A stretch of 64,000 nucleotides of DNA from Candidatus Nanopelagicales bacterium (GTDB taxonomy: Bacteria > Actinomycetota > Actinomycetes > S36-B12 > UBA5976): positions 161,359-225,358 of the forward strand of contig DAIRCR010000003.1 of assembly GCA_036796575.1 (NCBI GenBank). Direction: 5' to 3'. A program made the position numbers and the translations under genes. Shown here in pieces: positions 43,127 to 55,409 of this stretch; positions within the stretch are counted from its first letter, which is position 1, and each line of letters begins with the position of its first letter. Below the pieces are notes generated by a model. The model had not been told where the DNA came from and did no database searches. It saw only the letters and a program-made list of their open reading frames with translations.

Positions 43127-44119
43127 ATGGACGTAAGTCAAGGATTATGGGCCGCACTGATAGTCGGCATTCTAGGACTGATTGTCCTGGACTTTGTGAC
43201 AGTCAGTCGTAAACCCCACGACGTTATGTTCAAGGAAGCAGCGTTATGGTCGCTCTTCTACATAGGAATCGCAGTAGCGTTTGGAATTTGGGTCTGGACC
43301 AGTTACGGATCCACATTCGGCACGGAATACTTCGCAGCGTACCTTGTTGAGAAATCGTTATCGGTAGACAACTTGTTCGTATTTATTATTATTCTCACGC
43401 AGTTCGCAGTGCCAAGTATTTATCATCAGAGAGTCTTGTTGTTTGGTGTGTTACTAGCCCTGATTTTTCGAGCAATCTTTATCGCATTGGGTGCAGCAGC
43501 ACTGGAAGCCTTTGCTTTCACTTTCGTAATCTTCGGTGCAATCTTGATCTACACCGGATATGGATTATTTAAGCACTGGGACGAGGATCCCGACCCTAGT
43601 GAAAACGTAATGGTTCGGAACATCCGCAAAGTCATTCCGTTCACGGATGACTATCACGGCACTAAGTTAACGATTAAGCAGGCGGGCAAGCGATACGGCA
43701 CTCCGATGCTGTTAGTCATGAGCGCGATTGGCGCAACTGATTTGCTATTCGCACTTGATTCAATTCCGGCCACTTTTGGTGTGACGCAAGAGCCGTTCTT
43801 GGTGTTCTCAGCTAATGCGTTTGCACTGCTTGGTCTTCGCGCACTGTACTTCCTTCTAAAGGGACTTTTGGACAAACTTGTCTACTTGTCGCTTGGCTTG
43901 TCGGTAATCCTGGTATTCATCGGCATGAAGTTGATTCTGCTTTACGCACATGAGGTCAATGAATCAATTCCCAAGATTTCAACCTCAATCTCTCTTGTAG
44001 TTATCGCTGCCATTCTTGTAATCTCGACTGTGGCTAGCTTTATCAAGGTACGCAAGGACCCAACAGCACACGCCCATGCTGGCCGTATCACTGATGCACC
44101 AAAGGAGACTGACAACTAA
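43127..44119 (+). CDS. TerC-family integral membrane protein (paralogue 2)
   Basis: It has EKSLSVDNLFVF and DLLFALDSIPATFG. By eye it is roughly half identical to the upstream paralogue. Confidence 0.85.
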   Translation: MDVSQGLWAALIVGILGLIVLDFVTVSRKPHDVMFKEAALWSLFYIGIAVAFGIWVWTSYGSTFGTEYFAAYLVEKSLSVDNLFVFIIILTQFAVPSIYHQRVLLFGVLLALIFRAIFIALGAAALEAFAFTFVIFGAILIYTGYGLFKHWDEDPDPSENVMVRNIRKVIPFTDDYHGTKLTIKQAGKRYGTPMLLVMSAIGATDLLFALDSIPATFGVTQEPFLVFSANAFALLGLRALYFLLKGLLDKLVYLSLGLSVILVFIGMKLILLYAHEVNESIPKISTSISLVVIAAILVISTVASFIKVRKDPTAHAHAGRITDAPKETDN

Positions 44120-44128
44120 CATAGGGAT

Positions 44129-47068
44129 GTGGTTGATCAGTTAATCGTTCGAGGCGCTCGCGAGCACAACCTCAAAGACGTAAATATTGATTTACCTCGT
44201 GATTCTCTGATTGTTTTCACGGGCCTCTCAGGGTCTGGGAAGTCCTCGCTAGCTTTTGACACGATCTTTGCAGAAGGTCAACGAAGGTATGTCGAATCCC
44301 TATCTGCTTATGCTCGCCAGTTCCTTGGTCAGATGGATAAGCCAGATGTTGACTTTATTGAAGGTCTATCACCTGCGGTTTCGATTGATCAGAAAGCTAC
44401 TAATCGCAATCCGCGTTCTACCGTGGGAACCATTACTGAGGTTTACGACTACTTAAGATTGCTTTTCGCACGAGCCGGGCGACCACATTGCCCTGACTGC
44501 GGTCGACCAATCGCGCGGCAATCGCCACAACAGATCGTGGACCGAATTCTTGAAATCAAAGAAGGAACCAGATTCCAACTTCTAGCTCCAGTGATTCGGG
44601 AACGCAAAGGTGAATACGCGGAGTTGTTTCGCAGCCTTCAGTCTCAGGGATTTGCCCGCGCCCGAATCGATGGTGTGGTTTATCAACTAGAAGAACCACC
44701 AAAGTTGAAGAAGCAAGAGAAGCACACCATTGAAGTTGTAGTAGATCGCTTGGCAGTTAAGTCAGATGCAGTCCGACGACTTACTGACAGCGTCGAAACA
44801 GCATTGCGGTTATCTAGTGGGTTAGTGACACTTGAATTTGTTGACCTGCCTGAGGATGATCCGGATCGCGAACGCATGTTTAGTGAGCATTTAGTTTGCT
44901 TGTATGACGGAAACCAATTCGAAGAGTTAGAGCCAAGGTCGTTTTCATTTAACTCACCGTTCGGTGCTTGTCCAGAGTGCACTGGCCTGGGAAACAAGAT
45001 GGAAGTCGATGTTGATCTCGTTATTCCCAACCCAGATTTATCGCTTGAAGAAGGTGCGATTGATCCTTGGGCGTCAGGTCACATCTTTGATTACTTCTTC
45101 CGATTGACTAAAGCACTTTCTAACGAGTTGGAGTTTTCTCTAGATGTGCCATGGAAGAAGTTACCGCTCAAGGCTCGCAATGCCTTGCTGCACGGAAACG
45201 GTCACGAAGTTCAAGTTAAGTATAAGAACCGCTATGGCAGACAACGCACCTACTCAACTGGCTTTGAAGGGGTTATCCAATACATCGAGCGCAAGCATCA
45301 AGAATCCGAGAGTGACTCGAGTCGAGAAAAGCTCGAAGGTTATATGCGGGAAGTTCCGTGCCCTGCGTGTGCTGGCGCCAGATTAAAACCACTATCACTT
45401 GCCGTAACACTCAACGACAAGAGCATTGCCCAGATTGCGCAACTTCCAATAGGTGAGTGTGCCGAATTTTTAAAGAAGCTCGAACTTTCCCCAAGAGAGC
45501 GAGCAATTGCTGATCGCGTTCTAAAGGAAGTTAATGAGCGATTGGCATTCTTGATTGACGTTGGCCTTGATTATTTGTCGCTGGAACGATCCGCAGGTTC
45601 GCTGGCAGGCGGGGAAGCGCAACGTATTCGCTTGGCCACCCAGATCGGCAGCGGCCTAACCGGCGTACTTTACGTTTTGGATGAACCAAGTATTGGACTA
45701 CATCAACGTGACAACCATCGCCTGATTGAAACTCTGACTCGACTTCGAGATCTTGGAAACACGCTAATAGTTGTTGAACACGATGAAGACACCATTAGAA
45801 CTGCGGATTGGATTGTGGACATCGGCCCAGGCGCGGGAGAGCACGGCGGCCACGTAGTGTCCAGTGGCTCGTATGAACAGCTGATTGGCACCAAGGAATC
45901 AATTACTGGACAGTACCTGTCGGGCAAACGCACAATTGAAGTTCCAGCGATTAGACGTCCAGTTGATTCATCCCGCATGTTGACAATTCATGGTGCCAAG
46001 GAACACAATCTGGCTGATGTAAAGGTTGACATTCCGCTGGGAATTTTTGCGGCCGTAACGGGGGTGTCGGGTTCGGGTAAGTCAACTCTGATAAATGACA
46101 TTTTGTACAACGTCTTAGCTCGCGACTTAAATGGCGCGCGTACCGTCCCAGGTCGTCATAAGAAGATTGATGGCATAGAACAACTCGACAAAGTTGTACA
46201 TGTTGACCAGAGTCCGATTGGTAGAACTCCTAGATCGAACCCAGCAACTTACACCGGTGTATTCGATCACGTCCGAAAACTATTCGCGGAAACCCCAGAA
46301 GCAAAGATGCGGGGCTATCAACAAGGACGTTTCTCTTTCAACGTTAAGGGTGGAAGATGTGAGTCTTGCTCTGGTGATGGCACGCTAAAGATCGAAATGA
46401 ACTTCCTGCCAGATGTATACGTACCGTGTGAAGTTTGTCATGGCGCGAGATATAACCGAGAGACTCTGGAAGTTCACTACAAGAACAAATCGATTAGTGA
46501 TGTCCTAAACATGCCGGTTGAAGAAGCGCTGGAATTCTTCGCCAGTATTCCAGCAATCGCCAGGCATCTGAAAACCCTGGTTGATGTTGGACTCGGTTAT
46601 GTTCGACTAGGCCAACCTGCAACAACTTTGAGTGGCGGCGAAGCGCAACGCGTCAAGCTTTCCTCTGAATTGCAGAAGCGCTCAACTGGCAGAACCGTTT
46701 ACGTTTTGGATGAACCAACCACCGGTTTACATTTTGAAGACGTCAGGAAATTGCTGATAGTTCTGCACTCGTTGGTTGAAAAGGGAAATACCGTAATCGT
46801 GATCGAGCACAACTTGGATGTAATCAAGACTGCAGACTGGATCATTGACATGGGTCCAGAAGGTGGTTCCGGCGGCGGCAAAGTGGTAGTGACTGGAACA
46901 CCTGAGCAAGTAGCAAGCCACGCCACCAGCCACACTGCTAGATTCTTGAAGCCGCTACTAGGGACGAGTTCAGTAAAGTCTGCCCCACCAAAGCAGGTAG
47001 CCAAGAAGGCGCCAGCCAAGAAGTCTGCGACAAAAAAACCTGCAGCTGGAAAATCCGTTACTAAGTAG
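44129..47068 (+). CDS. uvrA: Excinuclease ABC subunit A with a Lys/Ala/Pro-rich C-terminal tail
   Basis: It has two ABC modules ([27 protein letters not shown]) and zinc-finger Cys pairs ([31 protein letters not shown]). It has a GTG start. Confidence 0.97.
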   Translation: MVDQLIVRGAREHNLKDVNIDLPRDSLIVFTGLSGSGKSSLAFDTIFAEGQRRYVESLSAYARQFLGQMDKPDVDFIEGLSPAVSIDQKATNRNPRSTVGTITEVYDYLRLLFARAGRPHCPDCGRPIARQSPQQIVDRILEIKEGTRFQLLAPVIRERKGEYAELFRSLQSQGFARARIDGVVYQLEEPPKLKKQEKHTIEVVVDRLAVKSDAVRRLTDSVETALRLSSGLVTLEFVDLPEDDPDRERMFSEHLVCLYDGNQFEELEPRSFSFNSPFGACPECTGLGNKMEVDVDLVIPNPDLSLEEGAIDPWASGHIFDYFFRLTKALSNELEFSLDVPWKKLPLKARNALLHGNGHEVQVKYKNRYGRQRTYSTGFEGVIQYIERKHQESESDSSREKLEGYMREVPCPACAGARLKPLSLAVTLNDKSIAQIAQLPIGECAEFLKKLELSPRERAIADRVLKEVNERLAFLIDVGLDYLSLERSAGSLAGGEAQRIRLATQIGSGLTGVLYVLDEPSIGLHQRDNHRLIETLTRLRDLGNTLIVVEHDEDTIRTADWIVDIGPGAGEHGGHVVSSGSYEQLIGTKESITGQYLSGKRTIEVPAIRRPVDSSRMLTIHGAKEHNLADVKVDIPLGIFAAVTGVSGSGKSTLINDILYNVLARDLNGARTVPGRHKKIDGIEQLDKVVHVDQSPIGRTPRSNPATYTGVFDHVRKLFAETPEAKMRGYQQGRFSFNVKGGRCESCSGDGTLKIEMNFLPDVYVPCEVCHGARYNRETLEVHYKNKSISDVLNMPVEEALEFFASIPAIARHLKTLVDVGLGYVRLGQPATTLSGGEAQRVKLSSELQKRSTGRTVYVLDEPTTGLHFEDVRKLLIVLHSLVEKGNTVIVIEHNLDVIKTADWIIDMGPEGGSGGGKVVVTGTPEQVASHATSHTARFLKPLLGTSSVKSAPPKQVAKKAPAKKSATKKPAAGKSVTK

Positions 47069-47073
47069 CCCTC

Positions 47074-48936
47074 GTGCAGATTACGGACAAACCTACAGAC
47101 ATACCGACCAGCCCTGGGGTTTATCGGTGGCGTGATGCTTCAGATCGAGTGATCTATGTTGGCAAGGCGAAGAACTTAAAGAATCGCATCAATTCCTACT
47201 TCACCAATGATTTACATCCAAGAACTCAAACTATGGTTTCAACCGCTCAAAGTCTGGATTGGGTTACAGTGCGCACTGAAACCGAAGCCCTGCAACTTGA
47301 ATACGCCTGGATCAAAGAGTTCGACCCAAACTTCAATGTTCGATATCGCGATGACAAGAGCTATCCATATTTGGCGCTATCCACTCAAGAGGAATTCCCT
47401 CGGGCATTTGTCTATCGAGGAGACAAGCGTAAAGGTGTAACTTATTTTGGACCTTATGTTCAAGCTTGGGCAATTCGAGACTCGCTGGATCATTTACTGA
47501 GAGTCTTTCCAGTTCGTAGTTGCACTGCTGGCGTGTTTAGAAATGCCAAAGCTGCTGGTCGACCCTGTCTGCTAGCCCATATTGATCGGTGTAGCGCTCC
47601 TTGCGTTGGGAAAATCGATGAGGTTGCTCATCGTGACTTGGTCAAGCAATTCATGTCATTCATGTCAGGTAATTCGAAAGAGATTATGACTGACATAGCT
47701 CGGCGAATGAACCAAGCATCCGTAGCCCAAGATTATGAACAAGCCAGTGTGCTTCGAGACGATTTGGCTGCACTTGAGCGAGTCTTAGAAAAAAGTGTTG
47801 TCGTACTTCCTGATGACACATTCGCAGACATAGTTGGCCTTCATCACGACGATTTGCAGTCTGCAGTTCAAGTTTTTTCGGTACGCAGTGGACGAATCGT
47901 GGGTCAACGGGGATTCATTATGGAAAATTCCGTTGATGCAACCAGTCAGAGCTTAATGACCGATGCTTTGATGCACATCTATTCGGCAGCAACCAAAGAA
48001 GAAATACCGACTGAAGTTTTGGTAAGTCACGAGCCTGAAAGTGCAACTAGTTTGGCTGAATTGTTGGGCACAATCCGAGGGGCTCAAATCAGTGTCAGAG
48101 TTCCGTCTCGGGGCGATAAAAAGATGCTGATGGACACTGTCTTGATTAACGCAGGTCAAGCCCTTGGACTGCACAAAACCAAACGCTCAACAGATCTTGT
48201 TACTCGAAGTAAAGCGCTTGCTGAAATCCAGGAAACAATAGGACTGCCGGATGCACCACTACGAATTGAATGTATCGACGTTTCTCACATTTCTGGCACC
48301 AACGTGGTTGCATCCCTTGTTGTGTTCGAGGATGGGATTCCTAAGAAGAAGGATTACCGACAGTTCATCATTGAAGATCCACGCGACGATACCGCATCTA
48401 TTGCTCAAGTAGTAGCACGTAGATTCAAAGATCATGACGAGAAACGTCCTTATCGACCAAACCTTTTGGTTATCGACGGTGGATTACCGCAAGTGAACGC
48501 TGCAGCGAAAGCTTTAGAGGCAGCGGGAGTTAGCAATATGCATGTGGTTGGGCTAGCCAAGCGGATGGAAGAGATCTGGAAACCGGGAGCCGCATACCCA
48601 GTGATTCTGCCCAGAAGCAGTGAAGCGCTTTTCATGCTGCAACGAGTGCGGGACGAGGCTCATAGATTTGCCATCACACTGCATCGAAATCGAAGGTCTA
48701 AAGGAATGGTCGATAGCGTGCTTGATGATGTGCCAGGTCTTGGGCCAGTAAAGAAGAAAGCAGTTTTGGCACGCTTTGGCTCGCTTAAGAAGGTGGCTGC
48801 GGCTTCAGTAACTGAACTATCGGAAGTCCCAGGCATTGGTCCAATCCAAGCTGAACAAATCTGGCAATTCCTGAATCAAGATAATCCTGGTGATGTTGCC
48901 ATCAACACCGCCACAGGCGAGATAATTGAATCGTGA
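47074..48936 (+). CDS. uvrC: Excinuclease ABC subunit C
   Basis: It has a GIY-YIG N-terminus (GVYRWRD..VIYVGKAKNLKNR), a UVR domain and a C-terminal (HhH)2 domain. Confidence 0.95.
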   Translation: MQITDKPTDIPTSPGVYRWRDASDRVIYVGKAKNLKNRINSYFTNDLHPRTQTMVSTAQSLDWVTVRTETEALQLEYAWIKEFDPNFNVRYRDDKSYPYLALSTQEEFPRAFVYRGDKRKGVTYFGPYVQAWAIRDSLDHLLRVFPVRSCTAGVFRNAKAAGRPCLLAHIDRCSAPCVGKIDEVAHRDLVKQFMSFMSGNSKEIMTDIARRMNQASVAQDYEQASVLRDDLAALERVLEKSVVVLPDDTFADIVGLHHDDLQSAVQVFSVRSGRIVGQRGFIMENSVDATSQSLMTDALMHIYSAATKEEIPTEVLVSHEPESATSLAELLGTIRGAQISVRVPSRGDKKMLMDTVLINAGQALGLHKTKRSTDLVTRSKALAEIQETIGLPDAPLRIECIDVSHISGTNVVASLVVFEDGIPKKKDYRQFIIEDPRDDTASIAQVVARRFKDHDEKRPYRPNLLVIDGGLPQVNAAAKALEAAGVSNMHVVGLAKRMEEIWKPGAAYPVILPRSSEALFMLQRVRDEAHRFAITLHRNRRSKGMVDSVLDDVPGLGPVKKKAVLARFGSLKKVAAASVTELSEVPGIGPIQAEQIWQFLNQDNPGDVAINTATGEIIES

Positions 48937-49799
48937 GTGAATCCCAGATTGACGTAATCCTGGTAACTGGCATGTCCGGAGCCGGACGATCAACGGCGAC
49001 CAGAGCACTCGAAGACATCGGTTGGTTCGTAGTTGATAACTTGCCACCTACGCTTATGACTAATGTTGTGGATTATGTAGCTCAGCGAACTGGTTCTCGA
49101 AAAGTTGCCGTCGTTGCAGATGTTCGTGGTGGCCAACTATTTGAGGAATTACGAGAGTCGTTAGCGGCCATCAAAACGGCGGGGCATGACTTGCGAGTGC
49201 TCTTCCTCGAGGCCGGAGATGAAGCGTTAGTTCGCCGATATGAATCTTCGCGTCGACCACATCCTCTGCAACGCGATGACAGCTTGCTTGGCGCCGTGCA
49301 GCGTGAGCGCAAATTGCTAAGTGACTTGCGTGCAGATTCGGACATTGTCATTGACACAAGTAATTTGAACGTTCATGAATTGCGCAGATCAATTGAAGCC
49401 TCATTTGGCGATGACGATCACGTTGCACTGCGAGCCACAGTAATGTCATTTGGATTCAAATATGGAATTCCAGTTGATGCGGATTTAGTTGCTGACTTAC
49501 GGTTCTTACCTAATCCTTATTGGGATCCAAAACTAAAGGAACTTACCGGGCTAGACGCGGCAGTCAATGATTATGTAGTTGCTTCTGATCAAGCTCAGGA
49601 ATTTCTGACTAAGTATGCCGAGCTCATCAACTTGGTTGAAGATGGATACTTACGCGAAGGTAAGCGGTTCGTCACAATCGCAATGGGTTGCACCGGTGGC
49701 AAGCATAGAAGTGTCGCCATGGCAGAGAATCTTTCGGCTCGACTAGTTAAATCTGGTGTGGAAGTTCGCGTAGTCCACCGCGACCTGGGACGCGAGTAG
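48933..49799 (+). CDS. rapZ: RNase adapter / nucleotide-binding protein RapZ
   Basis: It has the P-loop VTGMSGAGRSTA and the C-terminal motif CTGGKHRSV. Confidence 0.9.
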   Translation: MSESQIDVILVTGMSGAGRSTATRALEDIGWFVVDNLPPTLMTNVVDYVAQRTGSRKVAVVADVRGGQLFEELRESLAAIKTAGHDLRVLFLEAGDEALVRRYESSRRPHPLQRDDSLLGAVQRERKLLSDLRADSDIVIDTSNLNVHELRRSIEASFGDDDHVALRATVMSFGFKYGIPVDADLVADLRFLPNPYWDPKLKELTGLDAAVNDYVVASDQAQEFLTKYAELINLVEDGYLREGKRFVTIAMGCTGGKHRSVAMAENLSARLVKSGVEVRVVHRDLGRE

Positions 49800-50773
49800 A
49801 TGCCAGCCGCACCTAATCGTGCAGTAGACGTTGTTGCTCTCGGCGGGGGTCACGGTTTGTCCGCCAGTCTGCAAGCGTTACGAAGAGTCACGCCACATTT
49901 AACTGCAGTAGTTGGTGTCAGTGATGATGGTGGCAGTAGCGGCAGACTTCGCGAAGAGTTTGGGATTGTGCCACCGGGTGATTTGCGAATGGCGTTAGCT
50001 GCGCTTTGTGGTGATGACACCTGGGGTAGTACCTGGGCCAGAGTTTTGCAACATAGATTTTCGTCCAAGGGTGATCTGGATGGACATTCGCTAGGCAACC
50101 TTTTGATCACCGCTCTCTGGGAAGAAACTAACGACTTAGTCGAAGGTTTGGATTGGGTAGCGCGATTGCTCGATGCTAAGGGCAAAGTTTTACCACTATG
50201 TATTGAGCCTTTGGAAATCTACGCTGATGTCCTGACTGCTACTGGCCAAACTGATCAAGTACGTGGTCAAGTGCAAGTTGCTACGACACCACACAAAATT
50301 CAAGCAATCGGCCTGGAACCCAAGAATCCAGTTGTCTGCGAGCAAGCCGTTACCTCCGTTAGAAATGCAGATTTTGTAGTTCTTGGTCCGGGCTCTTGGT
50401 ACACCAGCGTTTTGACTCACTTCCAGGTGCCGCAAATGGCTCAAGCGTTACATGAAACGACGGCAGCGCGAGTGCTTGTGATTAATCTGCGCCCGCAATC
50501 GGGGGAGACCGAAGGCTATTCCGCTGCCAGCTACCTTGAAGTCCTGGCAAAGAGTTATCCCGACTTCAAAGTTGATGTTGTGTTGGCCGATGTTAATCAC
50601 GTTGGGCAAGATTCGCCTAAGAACGCTGAATCACTGCAGGAGCTAGCCGCCAACTCTGGTGCCAGATTGGTTTTGGCGCCGCTGGCCAAGGTTAATGGAC
50701 CTTCTGACCAGCACGATCCGACACTGTTAGCCTCGGCGTTCAGCTCAATATTCACTCATGGCAGGATAAGCCC

Positions 50774-50783
<10 letters not shown>
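49800..50783 (+). CDS. yvcK: YvcK/CofD-like gluconeogenesis/cell-shape factor (CuvA-like)
   Basis: It contains [17 protein letters not shown] and [15 protein letters not shown], and lies in the conserved rapZ-yvcK-whiA triad. Confidence 0.88.
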
Positions 50784-52811
<2,028 letters not shown>

Positions 52812-52815
52812 ATTC

Positions 52816-54006
52816 ATGATTCGTGGCATTGACGACCTAGAGGTTTCAGGGAAAGTAGTTTTCGTAAGGTGTGACCTCAATGTGCCACTCGAAGCTGGTG
52901 TCATAACTGATGATGGTCGAATACGTGCCAGTTTGCCAACACTCAAGAATCTTGCAGATCGTGGCGCACGGGTAGTTGTTCTGGCTCACCTTGGTCGCCC
53001 TAAGGGAACGCCAGAGGCTAAGTATTCGTTGGCTCCCGCTGCACTCCGCCTAAGTGAACTTTTAGGTAGTCAGGTGCCACTGGCAAGTGATGTTTGCGGG
53101 ACCAGCGCACAGGAGACAATCGCAGCTCTTGCTGGTGGTCAGATCGCAATGTTAGAAAATGTCAGATTTGACGCACGCGAAACAGGTGACGCAAGCGCTC
53201 GGCAAGAATTAGCCAAAGCCTGGGCCAACCTTGGTGACCTTTACGTTAGTGATGGGTTTGGCGTCGTTCATCGCGAACAAGCATCTGTGACAGATCTGGC
53301 AAATGAATTACCGCATGCCGCTGGTCTGCTAGTTAAAGCGGAAGCCGATGTATTCGCAAAAGTTTTAAGTAATCCGGAACGTCCTTACGCTGTAGTTCTT
53401 GGCGGATCTAAGGTCAGCGACAAGCTCAAAGTGATTGACAACCTGATTTCTAATGTTGATCGGCTACTCATTGGTGGCGGCATGTGCTTTACGTTCCTGG
53501 CAGCCAAGGGTTATTCAGTTGGAGCATCACTTCTGGAGACCGATCAGATTGAGAATGTAATTGAGATTCTGGATCGAGCTAAGAAGTTAAATGTCGAGAT
53601 AGTTCTGCCAACCGACATTGTGGTAGCTGACGCCTTTGCTGCAGATGCCAAGACTCAAATTGTTTCGGCAGAAAACATTCCCGATGGCTGGATGGGACTC
53701 GATATTGGTCCGGATTCGATCGCAAACTTCGAGACCCGTCTAGCTGACGCTAAGACAATCATGTGGAATGGGCCGATGGGAGTATTTGAAATGCCAGCTT
53801 TTGCAGCTGGAACTAAAGCCGTTGCAGTAGCCATGACAAAGAACCCCGGTATGACCGTCGTCGGTGGTGGCGATTCAGCAGCTGCAGTTCGCTTGTTAGG
53901 AATTGATGAAGCGTCGTTTTCTCATATCTCAACTGGCGGGGGCGCAAGTTTGGAATATCTAGAGGGCAAAAAATTGCCTGGCTTATCAGTCCTGGAGGAC
54001 AACTAA
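52816..54006 (+). CDS. pgk: Phosphoglycerate kinase
   Basis: It has [11 protein letters not shown] at the N-terminus and GGGDSAAAV near the C-terminus. ATG 52816 lies just after the gap stop, whereas the ORF-track start at 52708 overlaps gap. Confidence 0.95.
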   Translation: MIRGIDDLEVSGKVVFVRCDLNVPLEAGVITDDGRIRASLPTLKNLADRGARVVVLAHLGRPKGTPEAKYSLAPAALRLSELLGSQVPLASDVCGTSAQETIAALAGGQIAMLENVRFDARETGDASARQELAKAWANLGDLYVSDGFGVVHREQASVTDLANELPHAAGLLVKAEADVFAKVLSNPERPYAVVLGGSKVSDKLKVIDNLISNVDRLLIGGGMCFTFLAAKGYSVGASLLETDQIENVIEILDRAKKLNVEIVLPTDIVVADAFAADAKTQIVSAENIPDGWMGLDIGPDSIANFETRLADAKTIMWNGPMGVFEMPAFAAGTKAVAVAMTKNPGMTVVGGGDSAAAVRLLGIDEASFSHISTGGGASLEYLEGKKLPGLSVLEDN

Positions 54007-54780
54007 ATGGCACGCACCCCGTTAATGGCCGGCAACTGGAAAATGAACCTCAATCACATTGAGGCAATTGCACTAGTCCAGAAGCTCGCTTACACATTTC
54101 GAGCCGACGACTTCGCCGCTTTAGATGTTGCTGTGATTCCGCCGTTCACTGACATCAGATCAGTTCAAACTTTGGTTGATGGCGACAAACTATTTTTGAA
54201 GTACGGGGCACAGGACATCGCCAAATCAGATAAAGGCGCTTTCACGGGTGAGATTTCAGGACCCATGTTGGCCAAACTTGGTTGCACTTTTGTAATCGTT
54301 GGACATTCCGAACGACGTGAGTACCACGGCGAAGACAATCAGATAGTGAACCTAAAAACCCAAGCGGCTTTGCGGAACAACTTGATTCCAATCGTCTGCG
54401 TTGGCGAAGGTCTTGAAGTTCGTAAGGCTGGTAATCACGTGGCTTTCACAATCGAGCAACTCGATGCCGCCCTGCAAGGAATTGCGGCAAATGATGTGGC
54501 TAACTTGGTGATTGCTTATGAACCGGTCTGGGCAATTGGAACTGGGGAAGTGGCGACACCTGCGGATGCCCAAGAAGTCTGTGGCGCAATTCGTGCTCGA
54601 ATTCGAGAGGTTCATGGATCGGCTGCAGACCAAACTCGAATCCTTTACGGCGGTTCAATGAAGGCCGATAACGTGGCCGCTTTGATGCTCGAGGCTGATA
54701 TTGACGGCGGATTAGTGGGCGGCGCCTCGCTGGATCCTGATGAATTCGTCTCGGTTTGTCGCTACCGATTGCACGCGTAG
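54007..54780 (+). CDS. tpiA: Triosephosphate isomerase
   Basis: It contains [16 protein letters not shown] and [11 protein letters not shown]. Confidence 0.96.
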   Translation: MARTPLMAGNWKMNLNHIEAIALVQKLAYTFRADDFAALDVAVIPPFTDIRSVQTLVDGDKLFLKYGAQDIAKSDKGAFTGEISGPMLAKLGCTFVIVGHSERREYHGEDNQIVNLKTQAALRNNLIPIVCVGEGLEVRKAGNHVAFTIEQLDAALQGIAANDVANLVIAYEPVWAIGTGEVATPADAQEVCGAIRARIREVHGSAADQTRILYGGSMKADNVAALMLEADIDGGLVGGASLDPDEFVSVCRYRLHA

Positions 54781-54825
54781 AATAGGGATGTTCGTTTCCA
54801 TGTTCCACGATTTAGCAGGTGACCA

Positions 54826-55059
54826 ATGATCGCAGCGTTTCAAATCCTTCTGGCTATTACTAGCCTGTTGCTGATCGCTTTGGTATTGCTACACAAAGGC
54901 AAGGGTGGCGGTCTTTCCGATCTATTCGGTGGCGGCATGAGTTCTTCACTCGGTGGATCTTCTGTTGCCGAACGTAACCTCGATCGAATTACGATCGCAT
55001 TAGCTTTAGTTTGGACCGCAGCAATTGTGGGTCTCGGCTTGTTAACAAAATCCGCGTAA
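54826..55059 (+). CDS. secG: Preprotein translocase subunit SecG
   Basis: The 77-aa two-TM protein has a Gly-rich loop (KGKGGGLSDLFGGG) and follows tpiA as usual. Confidence 0.85.
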   Translation: MIAAFQILLAITSLLLIALVLLHKGKGGGLSDLFGGGMSSSLGGSSVAERNLDRITIALALVWTAAIVGLGLLTKSA

Positions 55060-55076
55060 GCAATCAGGAGTAAATC

Positions 55077-55409
55077 ATGGCTAGTGGTAGTGCAATCCGA
55101 GGAAGTCGCGTTGGAGCAGGCCCGATGGGTGAAGCTGAGCGCGGCGAAGCTGCACCACGTATTTACTTACCGTTTTACTGTGCTTCTGGACACGAGACCA
55201 CACCAAGTTTTGCGCATGACGCTGAACTTCCAGAAGAGTGGGATTGCCCAAAGTGTGGCATGCCGGCTGGAACAGATAAAGACAATCCACCAGTTCTAGC
55301 AAAGACTGAACCTTACAAGACTCACTTGGCTTACGTTAAGGAACGTCGTAACGACAAAGATGGCAAGGGAATTCTTGATGAAGCCCTAGCTAAACTTCGC
55401 GGAAAATAA
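55077..55409 (+). CDS. rbpA: RNA polymerase-binding protein RbpA
   Basis: The 110-aa product contains IRGSRVGAGPMGE, YCASGHE, WDCPKCG and KTHLAYVKERR, matching the actinobacterial RbpA core, basic linker and sigma-interaction region. Confidence 0.85.
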   Translation: MASGSAIRGSRVGAGPMGEAERGEAAPRIYLPFYCASGHETTPSFAHDAELPEEWDCPKCGMPAGTDKDNPPVLAKTEPYKTHLAYVKERRNDKDGKGILDEALAKLRGK

